A DNA stretch of 64,000 nt from Felis catus (Eukaryota), in the NCBI RefSeq assembly GCF_018350175.1, contig NC_058368.1:234486001-234550000 (forward strand), in the 5' to 3' direction. Numbering within the stretch: position 1 is the stretch's first letter; the number at the start of each line of letters is the position of its first letter. Below are positions 37,507-51,200 of this stretch, piece by piece. The notes beneath the pieces were generated by a model that saw nothing but the letters and a program-made list of their open reading frames with translations, did no database searches and had not been told where the DNA came from. The position numbers and the translations under genes are program-made.

Positions 37507-37636
37507 GGGGCGCCTGGGTGACTCAGTCGGTTAAGCGCCAGCCCCTTGATTTGGACTCAGGTCATGATCTCCCAGTTTGTGAGTTCAAGCCCCGCAATCG
37601 GGCTCTGTGCTGACAGTGTGGAGCCTGCTTGGCATT

Positions 37637-37679
<43 letters not shown>

Positions 37680-37735
37680 CCTCCCCTGCTCATGTGCATG
37701 CTCGCTAAGTAAACTTAAAAAAAAATTAAAAAACA
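37507..37735 (+). mobile_element. CAN-SINE
   Basis: Full body. Confidence 0.92.
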
Positions 37736-40700
37736 AAAGAACACACAAATTTCTGTCTTCCATATGGACATCACGACTTGGTTTCTTCTGTCACCGAATG
37801 TCTGCGGGCAAATCTAGTATTTCGCATTTATGTGGCTGATTTCCCAGCTTTCTCAATATTGTCTGTTTTAACACCGTTGTCTCATGACAGTGCATGAGCT
37901 AAATACACTCATTCTGCATTTCTCCCTTGATTAGGTTTTTCTTCTTACCGCTTTATTTTTCTTCACAAACCTGCTTTCGTGGTATTCCTGTGTTTCATTT
38001 GCCCGTGAATTACAGGCTTCCGCTCTTTTAAAAATAGAGTTTCCAGACTCCTCATGTGAAGTTTTGAGGTTCTTTCACTCATTTCCTGGGCTGAATTACA
38101 GAGTGGCCACTTGTTTTCAAAGTCTTTGAACGTGTAATTGTTAGTCTGAGAGCGCTCACAACCCCTAACCCCTCCGGCGCGGGTTTCCAACCCATGGGTG
38201 GGGGGAAGTCACGCTCCCCAGATCTTTGGAAGGAGGTCCACCCTGGAAGGCAGCCACGAGTCCGCCGCTCTTTGAGGTCTAACGTGCAAAGCGGTTCAAC
38301 TCACAGAGTTCCAGAGCGCAGATAGGACCCTACAACAGACGAGGCAGCTTCAAAGACACGTTTTCAAATCGAAAGTTACGCCAAGCCGCTGACCAGCGAG
38401 GGGGGGACTTGAGCTGGATCTGGTCCAGCGAGGCGGCAAACAGCAGCTGGGAGCGGGGACACGCTGATGTGGTTCTGCAGCACTTGCCACGGGTCTGAGA
38501 GTGTGTGTGTGTGTGCGCGTGCCCGAGTGCACATGTGTGCACGGGCGCACGTGTGTATGTGTGCACGAGCACGCACACAGGTTCTCCCGTATGTGGCATC
38601 TCCTGAGCGCGTGTGCATTTGTGTGTGCGGCTGTGTGTGATGGTCAAGCTGCACGGAGGGATGTGTGGGTCCCTGCAGTGAAAGGACCACCAAGGGGAAC
38701 GACAGCAGCCCTGAGGGAAGCCTCCTGGCTGAGCTGGGGAAGCCCCAGGCCGCCTGAGCCAGTCCGGAGGGTGGTCAGTTTATAGTGGGAGACCCCCGCC
38801 TGTCGGGGAGTCTGCCCAGCGCCAGCCAAGGCAGGGAGGGGAGTCTGGTCTGGGGCGGAGGCAGTGTGGGTGGGGGAGAGCGGTTAAGTCCAGCAAAGGA
38901 CAGGACAGCAGGGCTTGGGGAAGGATGGTTATGGTGGCGGAGGAGGCCCAGGGCGTTTCAGGCTTCCGACCCGGGAGGAAACAGGTTTCCAGGATCAGCC
39001 ACTGAGTCCTCTGAGTCGGCGGGTTCGGAACACGCATCAGAAACGCAGCCACGCAGGGCTGAAGGGGGCCGTCGGATGTAGTGCGTGGGGCTCTCACATC
39101 GCGGGCTCCAAATCACAGACATGGGGAGAGTCCACGGCGGGGAGAGAGGAGGGAGGGGACACAGTCACTGGCTCTTGAGTGAACTGCCCTCCCTGCGCCT
39201 CAGCCTCCACACCCGAGTCCTACGCACAGGGACACCTGCCACGAGGGTGAGTGAGCCTTTGGGGAAGGATAAAGGGGAACTGGTCCTTGTGCAGTGGCAA
39301 CATGTCTGACGGCGACTGGGGCACGGTGATGGCAGAGCCGGTGGCACCATCTTGGGAAGGGAGTGGGGAGGGGGCGGGCGTCAGACAAGGGGGCATCGGG
39401 AAGCCACGGCTGGCGCTCAGGTGGCAGGTGAGCGCCGGGAGAGCACCCGCAGTGTGTGAGATGCTCCCTTGACTTGTCATCAGATCGGAGCTTGAAAAAC
39501 TCCTTTTGGCCTCATGCTTTAGCAATCTCTGCGCACGAAAACCCAACGAGCCTGGTTGTTAAGGACAGCTCAGCTATAAAAAAAGTTCCAAGAAAGCAAC
39601 CTGTATTTCCCAAAGATTTATTAAGTGCCTGCCCCCCCAACAGGTCTCGTGCAGGTTGCTGGAGATCCCAGGCGGGGCCAGGTGAGCGGGAGGCGCGGGG
39701 CTTAACCCAGGAGCCTGGAGGGCACAGCCAGGACCACTGACTAGCTTTCCTGCGGAATTGACTCTCACCGGGGCCAAGTTTGAGAACATCGCCCAGGATA
39801 CAAAGCCACTTCACTCAAGAAGGACTGTTTACTTCGTGGAACATTCTAGAATTTTCCACCGAGAAAGCTCAGGTAACGTATGCTCTATTACAGTTTCTAA
39901 ACTATTTTCTCAATGGCTAGGTAGCAAATGTCCTCAGATATCTTCTCTTAAATTTGTGAACACCTCAGGATATCAAAGCCAGGCGGTTTTTATATAAACT
40001 TGGGTAACATTCAGTAGCAATGAAACTGAAGCTACCTTATTTAACGTTATCATAAAATATCCTCAAGCCACTGGCAGCACCGAAGGCACAGCTTGCAAAA
40101 CACAAGCATCTCTACATCCTCTACACTTTAAAGAAAGTTCTAGCAATTATTGAATCTTTTTTTTGAGACAGATGGTATTTTCCTGGAAGAAGCAAGCAGA
40201 GAAAAATAATTTTTTTTTCCTAAAAATTTAGATTATTTCAGATAATCATTTCAAAAAAATTTTTTTTTGGCAATTCCACGAATGCTGATACTTCTGCTTA
40301 AGCAGCCGGGTCCCCGTGGGTTTCATTAGCGGCGCTGGAACACAGGAAGTGACAGCTCGACATACTTATTGAAGGCGGTCACGGCGGCTGTGTGCCCGGC
40401 ATCCTTCTCGGGATGGGGTCTGAACGCACGCATCAAACCCTCCCCGAAAGCCCACCAGGTAGGCTTCGCTATAATCAACTCTGATTTACAGATGAATAAG
40501 CAGACACGGCGAGGTCACGTAATGCGGTCAGAGTCACAGAAGATTCCAGGGCCGTGCTGGAGGCCATGCTCTGAAGCCCAAGGCCAGGCCGGCCCGCAGG
40601 CACATGGAGGAGGGTTGCAGATACAGGAGAAAGGAAACACGACACTGACCATCTACTCCACGAAACGCCGCCCGGCCTGGCCTTCTCCCGTGGGACTCAG

Positions 40701-42937
40701 GACGCGCCGAGGTCAATGAACGCCCCCCACCGCCCCGCACCCTCTCTGTCGCGTGGGGCTCCACAACTGCCATGTCGCATCTATCAGACTTTTAAGCCCT
40801 GAGCTGGCCAGTGACCTGCACCCGTCTGGTCTTCCGGCCACAGTGCTGTGGACCCTGGTGCCCTCCTCGACTCCGGTCTGTGTGCGACCCGAGCCGGCAG
40901 GTCTTCCTTCGTGAGACACCTGCGTACTCACAGTTCCTGCTCCTCAAGACGACTGGCCATCGTAGCGTCCGCTGCTCCTGGACACAGAATGCAAACGGAG
41001 CCCACGGACAGGCCAAGCCGAGGACCCCGTGTTCCGTTTGCAGCCGCTCCGTCAGCATCTTCTACTTACGAGCTAAACCCAGCTGCCTACGTGTGGGGTT
41101 CTGGACCAGCCCCACAGCACATCTCTGTCTCTGATATCAGGGTCAGACTCCCTGGATCTCCACACACTGGCCTATCTCGGTTCACGGAAACCTTCCTCCC
41201 TGGGACCCGGCTCCACTGGGACGAACAGGTGTGTGTTGACTTCATTAGCCTCGGCCACCTTCTTGCGCCGCATCCGTTCTGTGTTGAGTGACTGGCTGGC
41301 AGGAAAGGTGGCATTTTCCTGCGCAACTTGGCCTCTCGCGCCGGAATCCCGGCGCCCATCATCCCTACACACTGGGCCTTCCTTAGGGCACCGTATTTGC
41401 CCTTCTTCTTGGAGACACATTTAAAGAGGATGAGGGTCGAGGTTCTTGCCCACAGTGCCCACCGGTGCTTTCGTCTATCTGCTCGTTCCCGGTGGCTCGA
41501 TCCTCGCTGCAGCCCTCCGTTCCGGGGCTGGGACTCCACTCACTCCGACTTGGGGCCACCCACCCAGTGCACGCGCCCCGATGCCCGAGGCTGCTTCTGT
41601 CTGCCCCACGGCCCTGATTTAAGGACCATGTGCTGGGCACATGGAGCTTCTCTGCTGCTGTACGACGTGGGGGTGGGGGACGTTTGGTGGGAGAAGCCGG
41701 GTCATCCTCTTCTCCAGGGAGGCGGGGCCCGTGGGCATTCGGGAACCAGCCGACAGCTGCCAGCGTGGCGAGGTGACCCATCTGCCCGCCTTGTGCCCTT
41801 TGCCCCGCAGAAGGCAGGTCTGCTGGCAGGGGTCACTCACCCACCTCTGGCCAGGGATCTGCCTGATGTTATGACCCTCCGTAACCAGCTCCACCCCCCA
41901 CCCGCCCCCATCGATCAGGGTCGCGTGAAGAGTTCTGTCTTAGCACGGACGATAACAATGGCGATGCCACCGACGGGGACTCCAAAGACACGGAGGAGCC
42001 CGAGAACGTCACTGGAAAAACGTGACAGGAACTGTCACCGGGGATTAACCTGTCAAAACAGGGGGCGGCCGTGCTCCGCTGTCTGCACCTGCTGGCAGGG
42101 GCTCCGTGAGTCTCACAAAACCATCCCAAACTGGGCTCTTCTGGACAAATGACGTCAAGAAGTAACCCAAGGCTACCAAGGTAACTTACGCTTTGACTCG
42201 GGAGACGGTCTCCGGCTTCAGGAGGCACATGTGTGTCTGCGGTTTACGGTGGCACGTCACAGCCTCACCACCCCCCCCAAGGCAGCGTAACTTGTAAGGG
42301 CAGAGACCGCTCCTGCCCCATAACACAGGCGCCGCGGGACCTTCCCAGCTCGGAAGGAAATTCTGCCACGTGGACTAAATAAAGCCAACGAGACTTTGAA
42401 ATCATTGGGAATCTTGAGATATAGTTTCTGGAAAAATTAAAGTGTGCAAGTGCCATGACTTGGGCTCCAATTCTCTAAACTGTCCGTGAGGACGGGAGGG
42501 GGTGGCGGGCATTTCCGAGTCCCCGGAGCTGGGGTCACTGGACTCCGGGGGAAGGGGCTTGCTACCTGTCCCTAGGGGGGGCCACTACTGCCCTGCGAAC
42601 GGCACGTCCTCACCGGGGGCGACCAGCAGGCAGTGAAGACAGCTGTGGTTTGCCTTTAGAATCCAGAGTACGTTTTCCTGCGGGGAAAGAGCTGGCACAT
42701 AGGTATTGCTGATGTGGGAGCGGGTTTGGCCTCCGTGACTCAGGCTGCCCGCCCCCCAGAGTCCCTGTCTCATGGGGACCACCGTGACGACCCAGCGCAT
42801 CGAGGCCCCGCACGCAGGGGGCCCTACGACAGCAATGCCCGCTGGGCATCTCGGAGACCCAGAAGGATCCCTGATGTCGTCTTAAAATGGGCTGCTTTCC
42901 CCTGTGGGAATGTCGGCCCTCCAAGGGCTGAAGACCT

Positions 42938-43137
42938 TCTTTTAAAAATACTCATTTATCTTTGGGAGAGCGCAGGCAGGGCAGGGGCAGGGAGAAGGGG
43001 ACAGGGGATCCGAAGCGGGCTCTGCGCCGACAGGCTGACAGCAGTGCGTCCGACGCGGGGCTCGAACTCATGAACCTCGAGATCGTGACCTGAGGCGAAG
43101 TCAGATGTGCAACCCACGGAGCCACCCAGACGCCCCA
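42938..43137 (-). mobile_element. CAN-SINE (diverged)
   Basis: SINE body ending gccacccagacgcccc. Confidence 0.85.
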
Positions 43138-44242
43138 AAGTGCTGGAGGACTTTTAACATCCACACACCTTACAGTAGGCTTGAACCAGACTTGCTACAT
43201 TTGCCCTGAGAACACAATTTTGATTGTTTTGTGCGCCGGTTGTTAATGAGGCGCTAATGAGGTGCTCCCTTCCCACCGCCATTATTAGACGACCTGCTGC
43301 TGGAAAGATGGCGGGTGATGAACTCATCCCCTAACTCAAGCAGTCCTCATGCACTTACTTCAAAAACGAAGAGTATTTTCATCAACCACACTTTTTGGAG
43401 GGGCTTGGTGAAATCCAGCACCCAGACAAGAGACAAGGCTCCGGAAAGCCTGTGCATTTCCCACGCCGTGGAACACAAAGCCGGCACACGTCAGCACTCT
43501 GTCCCCACGGCTGGACTCTACTGTTCCCTGTATTCCAGTCTCTCCCCCACCCCTGGCCTCCTGAGGCTCCCCGCCGGCTCCCACCCCTCATTACCTGACC
43601 CTGCCTTCCGACCCCCACCTTCCACCGAACACTGGTCTCTCGTTCAGTTCAGCGCGCTCAGCATTCAGAGTCCACTGGCAGGGCTCGACGCAGAACTGGA
43701 TAGAAGGATTCCAACCATTCCAGGCCTGCACACCATTGTCCCACCTTCCCTGACTTGCCGGTGTTATGCAGGTGATGGCCCCAGTGTAGATGAGACCCAA
43801 CACACACGTTTTCTGTTTGCAAGAAAACACAGGGCAAAGATATGGCATAAAATACCTTAGCGTTGAGAAAGCAAGGAGTAGGGATCTTTCTGGAAAATGC
43901 AGTGTTCCGTTATCATAAAATAGTCTCAAGCCTGCAATCAAGAACGGAAGTTGGTCCTAAATTCCAATTTCTAGGCTCTGACTCAACCGCGTAGAAAACC
44001 GAGGGACTGATTTTGGTTGACCTAATAAAAATTAAAAAGTGATGCTCTATAAGCAACTGGGATGGCTATTATTACTTTTAGGTCATTACTTTGGGGATGT
44101 TCTGATTTCCACTTTTATTTGTATAGTGGTGTTGCCACAGGATCTTCTCTTTCTGATAAAGTAAAAGTTACAATGAGTAAAGAATTCAATCGGTGATTTT
44201 TACATACCGTACATCACTGGGGATCTTCAAACAGTACATACT

Positions 44243-44466
44243 TTATTATTTTTGTAATGTTTATTTTGGGAGAGAGAGGAAGAGAAAAAGAGAGAGTGTG
44301 CACATGGCGGAGGAGGGGCAGAGAGAGGGAGATAGAGGATCTGAAGCGGGCTCTGTGCTGAGAGCAGAGAGCCCAACGCGGGACTTGAACCCATGAACCG
44401 CTAGATCACGACCTCGGCGTAAACCAAGAGTCAGACGCTTACCCGACCGAGCCGCCTGGGTGCCCC
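44243..44466 (-). mobile_element. CAN-SINE
   Basis: SINE body. Confidence 0.88.
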
Positions 44467-44494
44467 TATGTACTTTGTACTACAATATAGGTAA

Positions 44495-44695
44495 AGTTTG
44501 TGCCAGCCACTGTTCTGAGGGCTTTACGTGTATAAACTCACTCAGTCCTCGCTAGAGGGGAACTGCGAGGGCTTCCCTTATGGTGGGGAAACCGAGGCAG
44601 AGTTCAACTGCCAAGGGCACACAGCAGGTAGGTGCTGAAACAGGAACTTGAACTCCCAAGGTTGGTCCCCAGTGTCCATGCTCCTAGCCGCTCTG
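44495..44695 (-). mobile_element. MIR
   Basis: gtgccagccactgttctgagggctttacg..., ggggaaaccgaggcagag, gaacttgaactc. Confidence 0.6.
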
Positions 44696-46767
44696 CCAAA
44701 GACAGCGACAACAGGTGACGGAAATATAAATACGGGGTGCCCCCTGAAGCAGCCCACACCCCAAACGTGCCCAGATCGTGCGTAGGTTTGCACGATATTG
44801 GTGCAGCTGAGCATTTCATAATCGTATTTAAATACTAAATAGATTTTTAGGTAATATATCCATTTTTCCCTTTTGGAAAAACAAAGTCACGTTATTTATC
44901 TACACCGGACTATCAAGTCCTGTCTTAGATCCACCCCGTGCCCCACCCAATTGGGATTACGTGTGCCTCATTTCCTCTTTTCCCCAAATTTTCTTCCTCT
45001 GTACCAGGGCACTGAGCGTTGGGGAAGAAAGAGACAGACCCTTCCGTGATGACGTGAACTCACCGCGTGGGGGTTGGTAGGTCTTGTCTTTAATCAAAAC
45101 CCACAGGAATGCTGAGACCAGCAGCCACAGAGGACGCAACGCATCCTTGCTGCGGAACGAGCACCTTAAAGCACCAGCGGCAGGGGTTGCAACGGAGGCG
45201 GAATCACCAGGCTCACCCGGGCAGCACCCGCGGTTGCTTCTACCCTACAGTGCCAGGCGAGGCAATTCTGCTTACAGCCCGAGGGCCGTCCCTGCAAAGC
45301 CTGCCACAGTCTCTATGTCATTTTCAAATGACCTTTTTTCTCCTCTGCATCTGGCCCCGAGGTGAGGCAGGCAGAGTAAGCCTTCCTGTGTTGCCTTCCC
45401 TGACACGGGAGCGGAGACATGCTGGCTGGGGCGGGGTCGGGGAGCACGGTCACCCCACGCCACAAGTGCCGGGACACGATGGTTCCTACACACCCCTTCC
45501 GCATCATCCAACACGTGAAGCAGCAGCTTCCCAGACGCTACGGGTCATGACGAAGACCTGAGGCTGTGGCACCTCCCCCGTCATGTCGGGTGCCTGTGTC
45601 CTCATCCGCAGGGTCGCGCCGCTATGCACCCAGCACCCCGTGGGTGCTCACGCACGCTTCCAGAGGAGCGAACGACCAAGCATGCGGAATTACCGACATC
45701 GACCTCGAGGCTGCTTTGTGTCCCAGCTAGAATTCCAAAGCAAAGGTAGTACACACGTGTCGCCATTTCCCCAAAACGTGTCCCACTCAGTATTTTATAC
45801 ACGTTAGCTCATCTCCGCCTCACCCAGGAGGTGCCCTTGTTCCAACTTTGCAAGCGATCGGGTGGAGAACGAAGGGGCAAAGGACTTCTCCGTGGCAGTA
45901 GCTGCACTAAATGACAGGGTCCCCCAACAAGGCCAGCCTATTTCTGGAATTAGAGTTAGAACCCCATGATGCAAAATTTTGGGAAATGGTGCGCTCTGTA
46001 AACTATGACTGGATATTCCCAAGACATACCAGCATCCGGTCGGCTCCAAGGATTGTAATAACTCCGCGTAAGCCAGGACATGCCAACCTTACCTGACGTG
46101 GATACCCCGTTCCCACCACACCGCCCCTCGCCCACACTAGTCGTTAAGAACAGCCCAAGAACCAGTGCTCTGTGCTGGACAGGTGACCTTCACGAAGTCA
46201 CAGACTGTGGCGGTGGGTGGTGGCTAGAAACGTCAGTGAGCACTCAACTTCCATCACAGCTGTCCAGTAAGTGTCTTTAATAAGGTGAATGTGTTCAGAA
46301 AACTGGAATCTCAAGGTAAAGTCTCTCATGTTCACTGAAAACACCCCTTGCAACACGTTGTCCTGTTTGCGGTCAAAACTTTCGTGGGGGCCCGTCACGG
46401 AGCACGCTAACTAGATGTCAGGGGAGTTCGGAGCAAACCATCGACGCGCCCTTTCCCCGCGACACAACGACCCCAGGCATGTTCGCAGTGATGTTTCAAA
46501 TGGCAGAAGGACAATTTTTTTCAACTGAATTTTCCCGGATTTGTTATTTGGGATTTACATTGGCTGGTGTTAAGATCTAAATATACAAATATCAAGCTTA
46601 TCGTACCTTCATATTTGAGGTGGTAGAAATAATAGTTTTGCTCTGGTTTTGTCTGTCTGCTCTCACGATATTGTTAAGTTTTTCTGTGCCACCAGGATGC
46701 ACTGTTCTGCTGACCTCCTTATTTGTAGATGATACAACAGCCTACATAGAAAATCCTAAAGGCTTAG

Positions 46768-46860
46768 CTGTTTTTTAAACCACTTTATTGACGTATGATT
46801 GACAGACAAAAAGCCATACATATTTAACGTGCACAACTTGGTGGGTTTCGGATGCGGCTG
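46768..46860 (-). mobile_element. L1M 3' terminal fragment
   Basis: ctttattgacgtatgattgacagacaaaaagccatacatatttaacgtgcacaacttg. Confidence 0.6.
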
Positions 46861-47499
46861 TTTTTGATGAACCTGATGTGGTAGACAGGTCAGTGCTTTA
46901 CAAGCACAAGTGTGCTTCCCAGCTCCCACCACCAGCCCGCGGCCCTGTGGCCAGTGCCGGCCAGTGGACCGGGAGGAGAGGTAAAGCGTGTCCTTCCAGG
47001 TGGGGGCAATTAGGAGCTGATGTGCTGGCCCATACTCGCCCCCTGTCCCCGTGACCTCTGGGGCCACATGCTCTAGACGGACACACTACAAGAAAGGGGG
47101 GGCCAAGCCACCCGAGACCGTGTGCAGGAAATGCGCGTTCACTGTGTCATGGTGAGATTTCAGGGGATGCTCTGTTGCAGAAAGTAAATCACCACGATGA
47201 CAAAAACTCTTGACAAATCATTGAAAAAACTTACATGGGACGTTAATGATTCACCAAGAGCAAAGACGAGTAACGAAGAGGTCTTGTCCTCTCTGATATT
47301 AGAGTAGGAGGCGGTTCGTAAAGGTACGATAGTACCTACACGGGAGCAGGAAGATAAGTGAGTCATATTTACACGGGGACCTGTTGCAGGATAAAAGGAA
47401 TAATAAAAGGCAGCAGAAGTGGGCCAGGTGGGTCAGTAGATGGGGCCAAGGAAACATGTTCACGACGCGGAGGGGAACGAAGGTGGACTTCTACGGAAA

Positions 47500-48470
47500 A
47501 CAGAGAGAATTCCTGTAAGTTGACAAGAAAAAGCCAGGTAACCGGAAAGCCCAGAGAAGGGTAGGGAAAAAATATGAAGAGGTTATTCGAAGAAAAAATC
47601 TGAACGGCTGACGAGTTCAGGAGGCAATGTCCAAATGTATTAGTGAGTGAGAACTGTACTTGATCATTATTTTTTTTTAATGGTTATTTTTGAGAGAGAG
47701 AGAGACAGAGTGTGAACAGGGGAGGGGCAGAGAGAAGGAGACACAGAATCCAAAACAGGCTCCAGGCTCCGAGCTGACAGCACAGAGCCTGACGCAGAAC
47801 CGCGAGATCATGACCTGAGCTGAAGTTGGATGTCTAACGGACTGGGCCGCCCAGGCGCCCCAACAACTGTACTTTAAAACAGAGATAAGAAACCACCCAA
47901 AACTCAGGATGGAGGATATTGCTGAGGGTGTTTGAGGAGGTGCATGGACTGGTCAGGGAAGCCATTCTGGAAGATTCTGGCAATACCCAGAAAAAGCCAG
48001 AATGCTTAGGTTTTATGCCAACAAGACACGCCTGGGCACAGCTCCCGGGAGAATCTGAACACTCATTCCTAAGACGGCCAGTCTGAGGAGGTGAACTGCA
48101 GCATTTACGTGAGGATAAGAGCCAGAGAAGCCTGGGGTCTTCCCCCGAGAGGGGATGAGTAAAAGCGGTCGATCACACTGTGCACACAATGTGCTCAGCA
48201 GCAAATACAGGTGTGAGAGCAATGAGGAAAAATATAAAGGGTTACATCGTCGACTCACTAAACCACCGAAAACACATATATGCCCAGAACGTTACACACT
48301 TTACAAGGATCCAAGCATCTTAAAGAACATCTACTAGGGTTTCCACAGATTGGGGGGCTGTGGGGAACCCTCCTCTCTGCATCTGAGACAAAAGGAAAGT
48401 CAATACAGATGAGGTAGGAGTTCACGTACCTATGTGAATATATACGTACGTACAAGAGTTTGATCGTTTT
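47500..48470 (+). mobile_element. Highly degenerate old L1 (L1ME-like), interrupted by a SINE
   Basis: A-rich L1-like motifs such as gccattctggaag...ctggcaata. Confidence 0.4.
47668..47861 (-). mobile_element. CAN-SINE
   Basis: SINE body; TSD aactgtactt. Confidence 0.92.
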
Positions 48471-48554
48471 CCCATCTATCGATAGTAACAGGTTAGAAAA
48501 CGCGAGGAAAGCAAGGCCCGTTGACACTATCAGCAAATACTCCTTGACCCTGGG

Positions 48555-48953
48555 GCGGGCTGCCTCTACCAATGCCACCACGGTCCCCATCCCTGGCGTC
48601 CACGTCCTTTCCCTCGAGTGTGGACGGGAGTGTGGACCTGTGACTTACGTCTAAGGAACAGTGTAGAATGAAGTGCTGGGATTCTGTCTGGGCCCCTCTC
48701 CTTCTCTCATGAGCCGCCATATTGTGAGCTGCCCCAGGAAGAGGGCTCCGGTCAACTGCCATCAAGGAACCCAACCCTGGCAGCACCACACGAAAGGCCT
48801 TGGAAGCTGAGCTCCACCACCTTTTGGCAGCCGCTCGAGGGGAGACCAGAGCCAGACGCGCCCGACCACAGAAACAGTGAGACAAGCACACGCTTGTTGT
48901 CTCAGGCCACCAAATCTTGGGTTGATTTGTTAGGTAGCAATAGACTCCTGACA
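48555..48953 (+). mobile_element. MLT1 LTR (MLT1E/F-like)
   Basis: ggacctgtgacttacgtctaa..., gaccacagaaacagtgagac, gatttgttaggtagcaatagactcctgaca. Confidence 0.65.
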
Positions 48954-49082
48954 AAGATTGCTTAGGACTCAGTTTGACGGCCAAGTTCCTAAGGAAAATA
49001 AGGCAGATTGCAATCCAAGTACAAATGAGCAAAGGACAAAGTAAAAAATTCAAACGGCAAAGAAAAAGATCACGTGAAAGAT

Positions 49083-49560
49083 GTGTTACGAACTGAATTT
49101 CATTCCCCTCCAATCCGTACATTGAAGCCTTTGTCTCTGCTGTGATTGTATTTGGAGACGGGGTCTGCAAGGAGGCGAGGAAGCTTTAACGAGGTCACTA
49201 GGGTGGGTCCCCAAGCCGGGACGACTCACGTCCTTCTAGGAAGAGGAACAGACTCCAGAGCTATGAGAAAATACATTGTTTTTTTTTTTTAATATTTTTT
49301 TTAATGTTTATTTATTTTTGAGAGAGACAGAATGTGAGCAGGGGAGGGCCAGAGAGAGGGAGACACAGAATCCGAAGCAGGCTCCAGGCTCCAAGCTGTC
49401 AGCGCAGAGCCCGACGTGGGGCTCGAACTCAGGAGCTGCGAGATCATGACCTGAGCCGAAGTCAGACGCTTGACCGACTGAACCACCCAGGCGCCCCAGA
49501 AAATACATTGTTGAACCGCCCGGGCTGTGGTGCCTGCTTTGGCCACCCAAGCAGGGCTGG
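49083..49560 (+). mobile_element. MLT1 LTR split by a SINE
   Basis: tgttacgaactgaatttcattcccc...attgaagcc...gtatttggagacgggg; resumes after the SINE. Confidence 0.6.
49280..49497 (-). mobile_element. CAN-SINE
   Basis: Full body; 15-bp TSD agaaaatacattgtt. Confidence 0.95.
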
Positions 49561-50730
49561 TGCACAGAAGCAGACCTATAACTCAGTCCCCAACCAGGAC
49601 AGCTCGCTCCTCACTGGTGCTACTGTCCTACGATGGCCACTGACCAATGCAGGGCTCACTGGAACGTCCACGTGCGACGTCTCTCGTGTTCACTTTCACT
49701 GCCGAAGGGCATTTGACTCCTACTCAATAAATGCTGCTTAATTGAACCGCATTAGAGCAATCTACTTCCCTAAAAAATCATTATAATCGAGAAGGCAGAT
49801 CAAAGTCGACAGACACAGAGAAAATCAGTTTCTTTTTCATTTAATTGCTTTTTTTCCCCATCAAATGCACGTAGTGGAAGAAAAAACCCTACAGACCATT
49901 TTAATTACAATACCGTGAGAGTCAGAGATAGCCTCCCGAAATTAAAACGTGAACATCTAAGGGTACAGTGTGTGAATTAGAAAATTATATAAACACTTTG
50001 AATATGCCTTTTTATTTTATAAAAACCCTTGGAATACATATAATAAAGCACCTAGTCTTTCTGTATTTTGGGGGTCCCTGATGTTTGTGAAGTTTACGGA
50101 AAAGCCCTCTCATCATGGGACCTCCGGGGTGGGTGGGCATCTGTGGTCGGGCATGGGCAAGATGCCGAAAGCCAGTGCCAGCTTAGAGTCTGGACGCACG
50201 GACATAAGGACTCATGACCGGGGAGCCGCAGGGAAGGCTCGGACCACACTGCCACCCTCTGTCAGTGCTGGTGACCCAGCCAGGCTGTTTGCTCCAGAGT
50301 CTACACTTCTGGGAAGACAAGGCAGGAGGGGTTAAGGGCGGACCATAGCTGCACAAGAGGAGAGGCCACGTCTCTACATGTCAAGTCCGTTATCTCTGCC
50401 AGGAGCCTTCCTGTGGGGGGGGACCCCTGCCTGTTCCAGCGTCCTGGATGCAGACCACTGGAGGTATTTGGGCATATTTTAATGGATTCCTCTGCTCTGC
50501 AAAGTGCAAACGGCCCTCCCCCAAAACTCCGTGACGGATGTGGTGGACCACCAAAACCCGTGGCGCACTGGTTTCCACCAGTGATCGATAAAATTTACAA
50601 CTAAGACTTGTTTTCTGACGGACCTGTAAATTGAATGAGTCAAATTACCGTGCGAGTGAAACAGGGTTTTCGGAATGCATCCTGCATCTAAATTTGATGA
50701 GGATATCTAAAATGACAAAAGCAACTTAAA

Positions 50731-51200
50731 ATTTTTTTTAATGTTTACTTATTTATTTATCTATCTATTTGTTTATTTTTGAAAGAGAGAGAGAGAGAGA
50801 GAGAGACAGAGTGCGAGCAGGGGAGGGGCAGAGAGAGAGGGAGACACAGAATCGGAAGCAGGCTCCAGGCTCTGAGCTGTCAGCACAGAGCCCAACGCGG
50901 GGCTCAAACCCACAAACCGTGGGATCATGACCTGAGCCGAAGTCGGATGTTCAACCGCCTGAGCCACTCAGGTGCCCCATAACTTCTTTTTTTAAAGTTT
51001 CTTTTGAGAGAGGGAGAGGAGAGCATGAGCAGTGGAGGGGAAGAGACAGGGAGGGAGAGAGAGAGGGACAGAAGGAGAGAGAGAATCCCAAGCAGTCAGC
51101 GCAGAGCACAATGTGGGGCTTGAACTCATGAACCATGAGATCATGACCTGAGCCGAAACCATGAGTCTGACACCTAACTGTCTGAGCCACCCAGGTGCCC
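50731..51200 (-). mobile_element. Two tandem CAN-SINEs (50731-50978 and 50984-51200)
   Basis: Two successive SINE bodies, each ending caggtgcccc. Confidence 0.92.

Noticed and set aside
40995..41015. REST/RE1 site
   Set aside because: Only the right half (CACGGACAG) matches; the TTCAGCACC half is absent.
41087..42152. ORFs of 82-274 aa, including ...ERMRRKKVAEANE...
   Set aside because: No convincing donor/acceptor pair and no recognisable homology; intronic GC-rich sequence.
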